From: a virus
Reading direction: 5' to 3' (one strand)
IMG/VR virus record: IMGVR_UViG_3300029237_000047
DNA length: 16,122 nucleotides
The notes beneath the pieces were generated by a model that ran no database searches, had not been told where the DNA came from, and was given only the letters and a program-made list of their open reading frames with translations. Both the position numbers and the translations under genes were made by a program. This document shows, in pieces, positions 14,399 to 16,122 of the stretch (positions are counted from its first letter, which is position 1; every line of letters begins with the position of its first letter).

Positions 14399-14976
14399 TA
14401 ATATTCTCCCCAGCCGTTTTCATAGTCAAATGAATCTAAAAATTCTTTCTGCTGCGCGCGGGAAAGTCCTAGATTATCAGACAGTTCGGATAAAAACTCG
14501 GGTACGATTGCCTGACCTCCATTTTTTTCTGCGTCATAACTTTCGTGAATAGTCAGCCACGGAACAGACGCTAATGCTTCTGCTGTTGCTTCTTTTCCGT
14601 TTTTCTTTAGGCTATTGTCTAACCATTGTCTACACATGCGCTCAGCTACCGGAAAGTATGTGTAGGTTGTATTTATAAAATTCTCTATAATGATATCTGC
14701 ACTAGAGGGATAATCTGTTATGATTTTTCTTTTCTTTTTTGCTTTTCGCCTTTTTGACTTATAACCGCTATCTGTTATTAAAGATTCAGCTGTTTTTTGT
14801 ATGGCATCCGGTGTTATTTTTTTCAGCCGCTGAACATCTGCTTTTGTAGGCCGCTGTTTTGCTTTTGGAATGTCAATGGATATTGCATAGCCTTGTGCAA
14901 GCAATTTATTGACTTGCTTTTCGATTCTTTTTAATTCTTGTTCGTATACTTTTGCGTACCTGTTTTTTCTTGCCAT
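14398..14976 (-). CDS. Putative terminal protein (192 aa from ATG 14976)
   Basis: It lies immediately upstream of, and is co-transcribed with, the protein-primed polymerase, like phi29 gene 3. It has a basic N-half with KSKRRKAKKKRK and an acidic Ser/Tyr-containing C-terminus (LSELSDNLGLS...DSFDYENGWGEY). SD AAGGAGG precedes ATG 14976. The longer track ORF would run through the promoter. Confidence 0.6.
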   Translation of the reverse strand: MARKNRYAKVYEQELKRIEKQVNKLLAQGYAISIDIPKAKQRPTKADVQRLKKITPDAIQKTAESLITDSGYKSKRRKAKKKRKIITDYPSSADIIIENFINTTYTYFPVAERMCRQWLDNSLKKNGKEATAEALASVPWLTIHESYDAEKNGGQAIVPEFLSELSDNLGLSRAQQKEFLDSFDYENGWGEY

Positions 14977-15007
14977 ATAACAAAACCTCCTTTTATAATG
15001 TAGTTCT

Positions 15008-15036
15008 ATTATAACATATTTTTTATAAAAATACAA
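15008..15036 (-). promoter_or_regulatory. Promoter for the terminal protein and polymerase unit (extended -10)
   Basis: On the minus strand: TTGTAT (15036-15031), a 17-nt spacer ending in TGt, then TATAAT (15013-15008). It lies directly downstream of the terminator at 15041-15062. Confidence 0.6.
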
Positions 15037-15040
15037 TAAG

Positions 15041-15062
15041 AAAAGCCGTTTGCCCGGCTTTT
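15041..15062 (-). terminator. Intrinsic terminator after the right-end early genes
   Basis: The minus strand reads AAAAGCCG-GGCAAA-CGGCTTTT followed by CTTATTGTATTTTT. It starts 3 nt after the stop at 15066. Confidence 0.65.
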
Positions 15063-15065
15063 CAT

Positions 15066-15434
15066 TTAATTATAAATCATATAAAACGCATCCAACATAT
15101 TGTTTGCTTTCGCGTATTCATGTTGTGTTTGTTTTGCTTCCTCCGGTGTTTTTCCGGTTCGCAACTTTGTGTAAAACAATTCTACCAATATTGTTACCTT
15201 GTCATACAGCTTTCTTGACCGTTCCCACTCTTTAAAGTCCCATAAAGTAACTGTTCTTGCATAGCTGTCTATGTCAATCTTTACACCCCGTTTAAACAAT
15301 TCGGTTATGTTTGTAAGTTCATAACCAGTTCTGTAAGGGACGCGGACTGTATCGCAGCCCGCTTGCATCGGAATTATTTCATAATTTGTAATACCGTTTT
15401 TATGCAGTTTCTTTATTATGTTTTTTATTTCCAT
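15066..15434 (-). CDS. Early protein of unknown function (122 aa from ATG 15434)
   Basis: GGAGGA lies 6 nt before ATG 15434 (MEIKNIIKKL). The upstream ATG at 15449 lacks an SD. No motif recognised. Confidence 0.7.
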   Translation of the reverse strand: MEIKNIIKKLHKNGITNYEIIPMQAGCDTVRVPYRTGYELTNITELFKRGVKIDIDSYARTVTLWDFKEWERSRKLYDKVTILVELFYTKLRTGKTPEEAKQTQHEYAKANNMLDAFYMIYN

Positions 15435-15511
15435 CGTTTGTCCTCCCATGTTAAACCACCCGCTAAAAGACTGAGCGCTATTATGACTACTACCAATGTT
15501 TCTTCATTCAT
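15425..15511 (-). CDS. Unannotated micro-ORF encoding a 28-aa single-pass membrane peptide
   Basis: The sequence is MNEETLVVVIIALSLLAGGLTWEDKRWK, with AGGAGGAG 4-5 nt upstream of ATG 15511. The start overlaps the stop of the 84-aa gene and the stop overlaps the start of the 122-aa gene. It fills an otherwise unexplained 54-nt gap. Confidence 0.45.
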   Translation of the reverse strand: MNEETLVVVIIALSLLAGGLTWEDKRWK

Positions 15512-15758
15512 TTTTCTCCTCCTTTTTATAACCATAGTAAACATAATAGCAATATTGGTTTGACCTATAATACGGAAATTTTGCTACTGTGTAATAATCG
15601 CAGTCATTGTCAATAAACAATGACATTGCTTTTCTAAAGTTACCGCGCAAACCTTTTAACGAATCCGGTACTTTGATGAAATCACTTTCTACGCCGCACC
15701 CCTTTACAGAGCAATAACCTCTACTACTGCCTGTTTCAAATGAAACTATTTTCTTCAT
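15504..15758 (-). CDS. Early protein of unknown function, Tyr/Cys-rich (84 aa)
   Basis: SD and start read GGAGGACAAGAAAATG. There are 11 Tyr, 10 of them between residues 55 and 77, and 4 Cys. No motif recognised. Confidence 0.7.
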   Translation of the reverse strand: MKKIVSFETGSSRGYCSVKGCGVESDFIKVPDSLKGLRGNFRKAMSLFIDNDCDYYTVAKFPYYRSNQYCYYVYYGYKKEEKNE

Positions 15759-15771
15759 TTTCTTGTCCTCC

Positions 15772-15957
15772 TTATTTAAACTTTGCTATTTTCTGCGTGA
15801 CTATGTCTATCGCTGCATTGACTTTATCCAACTCACACTCATAACGATCGCGGTCAAACTGTGTTATAACTCCTCCCTTAAAATCAAGCGCTGCCATATA
15901 ATAACGCTGCATAGCTTTCAACCATTCCAATTCTAATACTAGCAGTTCTTCTAACAT
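15772..15957 (-). CDS. Early protein of unknown function (61 aa from ATG 15957)
   Basis: GGAGGACAAGAAAATG gives the start at 15957 (MLEELLVLELEW). The track start at 15999 would lie inside the promoter, upstream of the predicted transcription start. Confidence 0.7.
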   Translation of the reverse strand: MLEELLVLELEWLKAMQRYYMAALDFKGGVITQFDRDRYECELDKVNAAIDIVTQKIAKFK

Positions 15958-15974
15958 TTTCTTGTCCTCCTTTT

Positions 15975-16122
15975 CCTTTCTGTAATTATATAATAGCACA
16001 CACTAATAGAAATGTCAAGCGTATTTTTGAAATATTTTTATTCGTGTTTACTATTTTTAGTTTGCGCCGCAAACTGAATGGGGAAATGTTCTAAATATCG
16101 TTTTATTTTATGTCGACGTGGG
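15975..16122 (-). repeat. Right inverted terminal repeat (ITR-R)
   Basis: Reverse complement of 1-148 with 8 mismatches. The terminal sequence on this strand is 5'-CCCACGTCGACAT. Confidence 0.95.
15990..16018 (-). promoter_or_regulatory. Right-end early promoter inside ITR-R (mirror of 105-133)
   Basis: On the minus strand: TTGACA (16018-16013), a 17-nt spacer ending in TGc, then TATTAT (15995-15990). Both hexamers are identical to the left copy, while the spacer differs at 2 positions. Confidence 0.75.

Larger units (their letters stand above)
1..16122. mobile_element. Complete linear genome of a phi29-like, protein-primed podophage (virulent)
   Basis: The sequence starts and ends with the same 148-bp inverted repeat. 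It encodes a protein-primed type family-B DNA polymerase, a gp16-like ATPase, and scaffold, capsid, tail knob, portal and collar genes in phi29 order, plus a lysis cassette. No integrase or repressor was recognised. Confidence 0.9.

Noticed and set aside
14977-15036. 20-codon extension of the terminal-protein ORF (MYFYKKYVIIELHYKRRFCY)
   Set aside because: It runs through the extended -10 promoter and lacks an SD. AAGGAGG precedes the internal ATG at 14976.
15772-15957. Possible membership of the 61-aa right-end protein in the same family as the 66-aa and 82-aa left-end paralogs
   Set aside because: Only a vague helical, charged character is shared. The conserved Y...D.E.YK.NK spacing does not align.
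15958-15999. Longer version of the right-most gene, starting at 15999
   Set aside because: That start lies inside the ITR promoter (within the spacer between the -35 and the -10 hexamer), upstream of the predicted transcription start. The ATG at 15957 has a perfect GGAGGA SD.
1-16122. Search for a lysogeny module, tRNAs, CRISPR arrays or defence islands
   Set aside because: No integrase, recombinase or repressor-like ORF was found, nor any cloverleaf-like or repeat-spacer structure. All sizeable ORFs are accounted for by phage functions or small early orphans.

Overview
The window appears to be a complete 16,122-bp linear genome of a small phi29-like podophage that replicates by protein priming. 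It is bounded by an imperfect 148-bp inverted terminal repeat (ITR): the first 56 bp are identical and there are 8 mismatches overall. Each ITR copy carries an inward-facing TTGACA-N17-TGnTATTAT promoter. Three small genes of unknown function are read rightward from the left end (183-969). Everything else is on the minus strand, read from the right end. In transcription order: four small early genes including an unannotated 28-aa membrane micro-ORF, a terminator, a putative terminal protein, a protein-primed family-B DNA polymerase, a p6-like and a p5-like DNA-binding protein, a terminator, and a gp16-like packaging ATPase. Then come a perfect consensus promoter, a structured roughly 90-nt RNA, scaffold, major capsid protein with an Ig-like domain, an attenuating terminator, tail knob, portal, lower collar, appendage and fiber genes, a tail lysozyme, holin, a membrane coiled-coil protein and a GH25 endolysin. 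A bidirectional terminator at 955-981 closes both converging units. Strong GGAGG Shine-Dalgarno (SD) sites and the AT-rich sequence point to a Firmicutes host. No integrase, repressor, tRNA or CRISPR was seen, so the phage is probably strictly lytic. The most interesting observation is the RNA element between the ATPase and scaffold genes. By hand it folds into a three-way junction whose bulge and hairpin loop are mutually complementary, which is the architecture of the phi29 packaging RNA (pRNA). Other notable points are the mirrored ITR promoters, a 20-bp perfect palindrome with a third half-site at the terminal-protein/polymerase junction, tandem paralogous early genes, a knob-less paralog of the tail fiber, and an ATPase gene isolated between a terminator and the late promoter. 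All homology calls rest on motifs read by eye and on remembered phi29 protein sequences. No searches were run.
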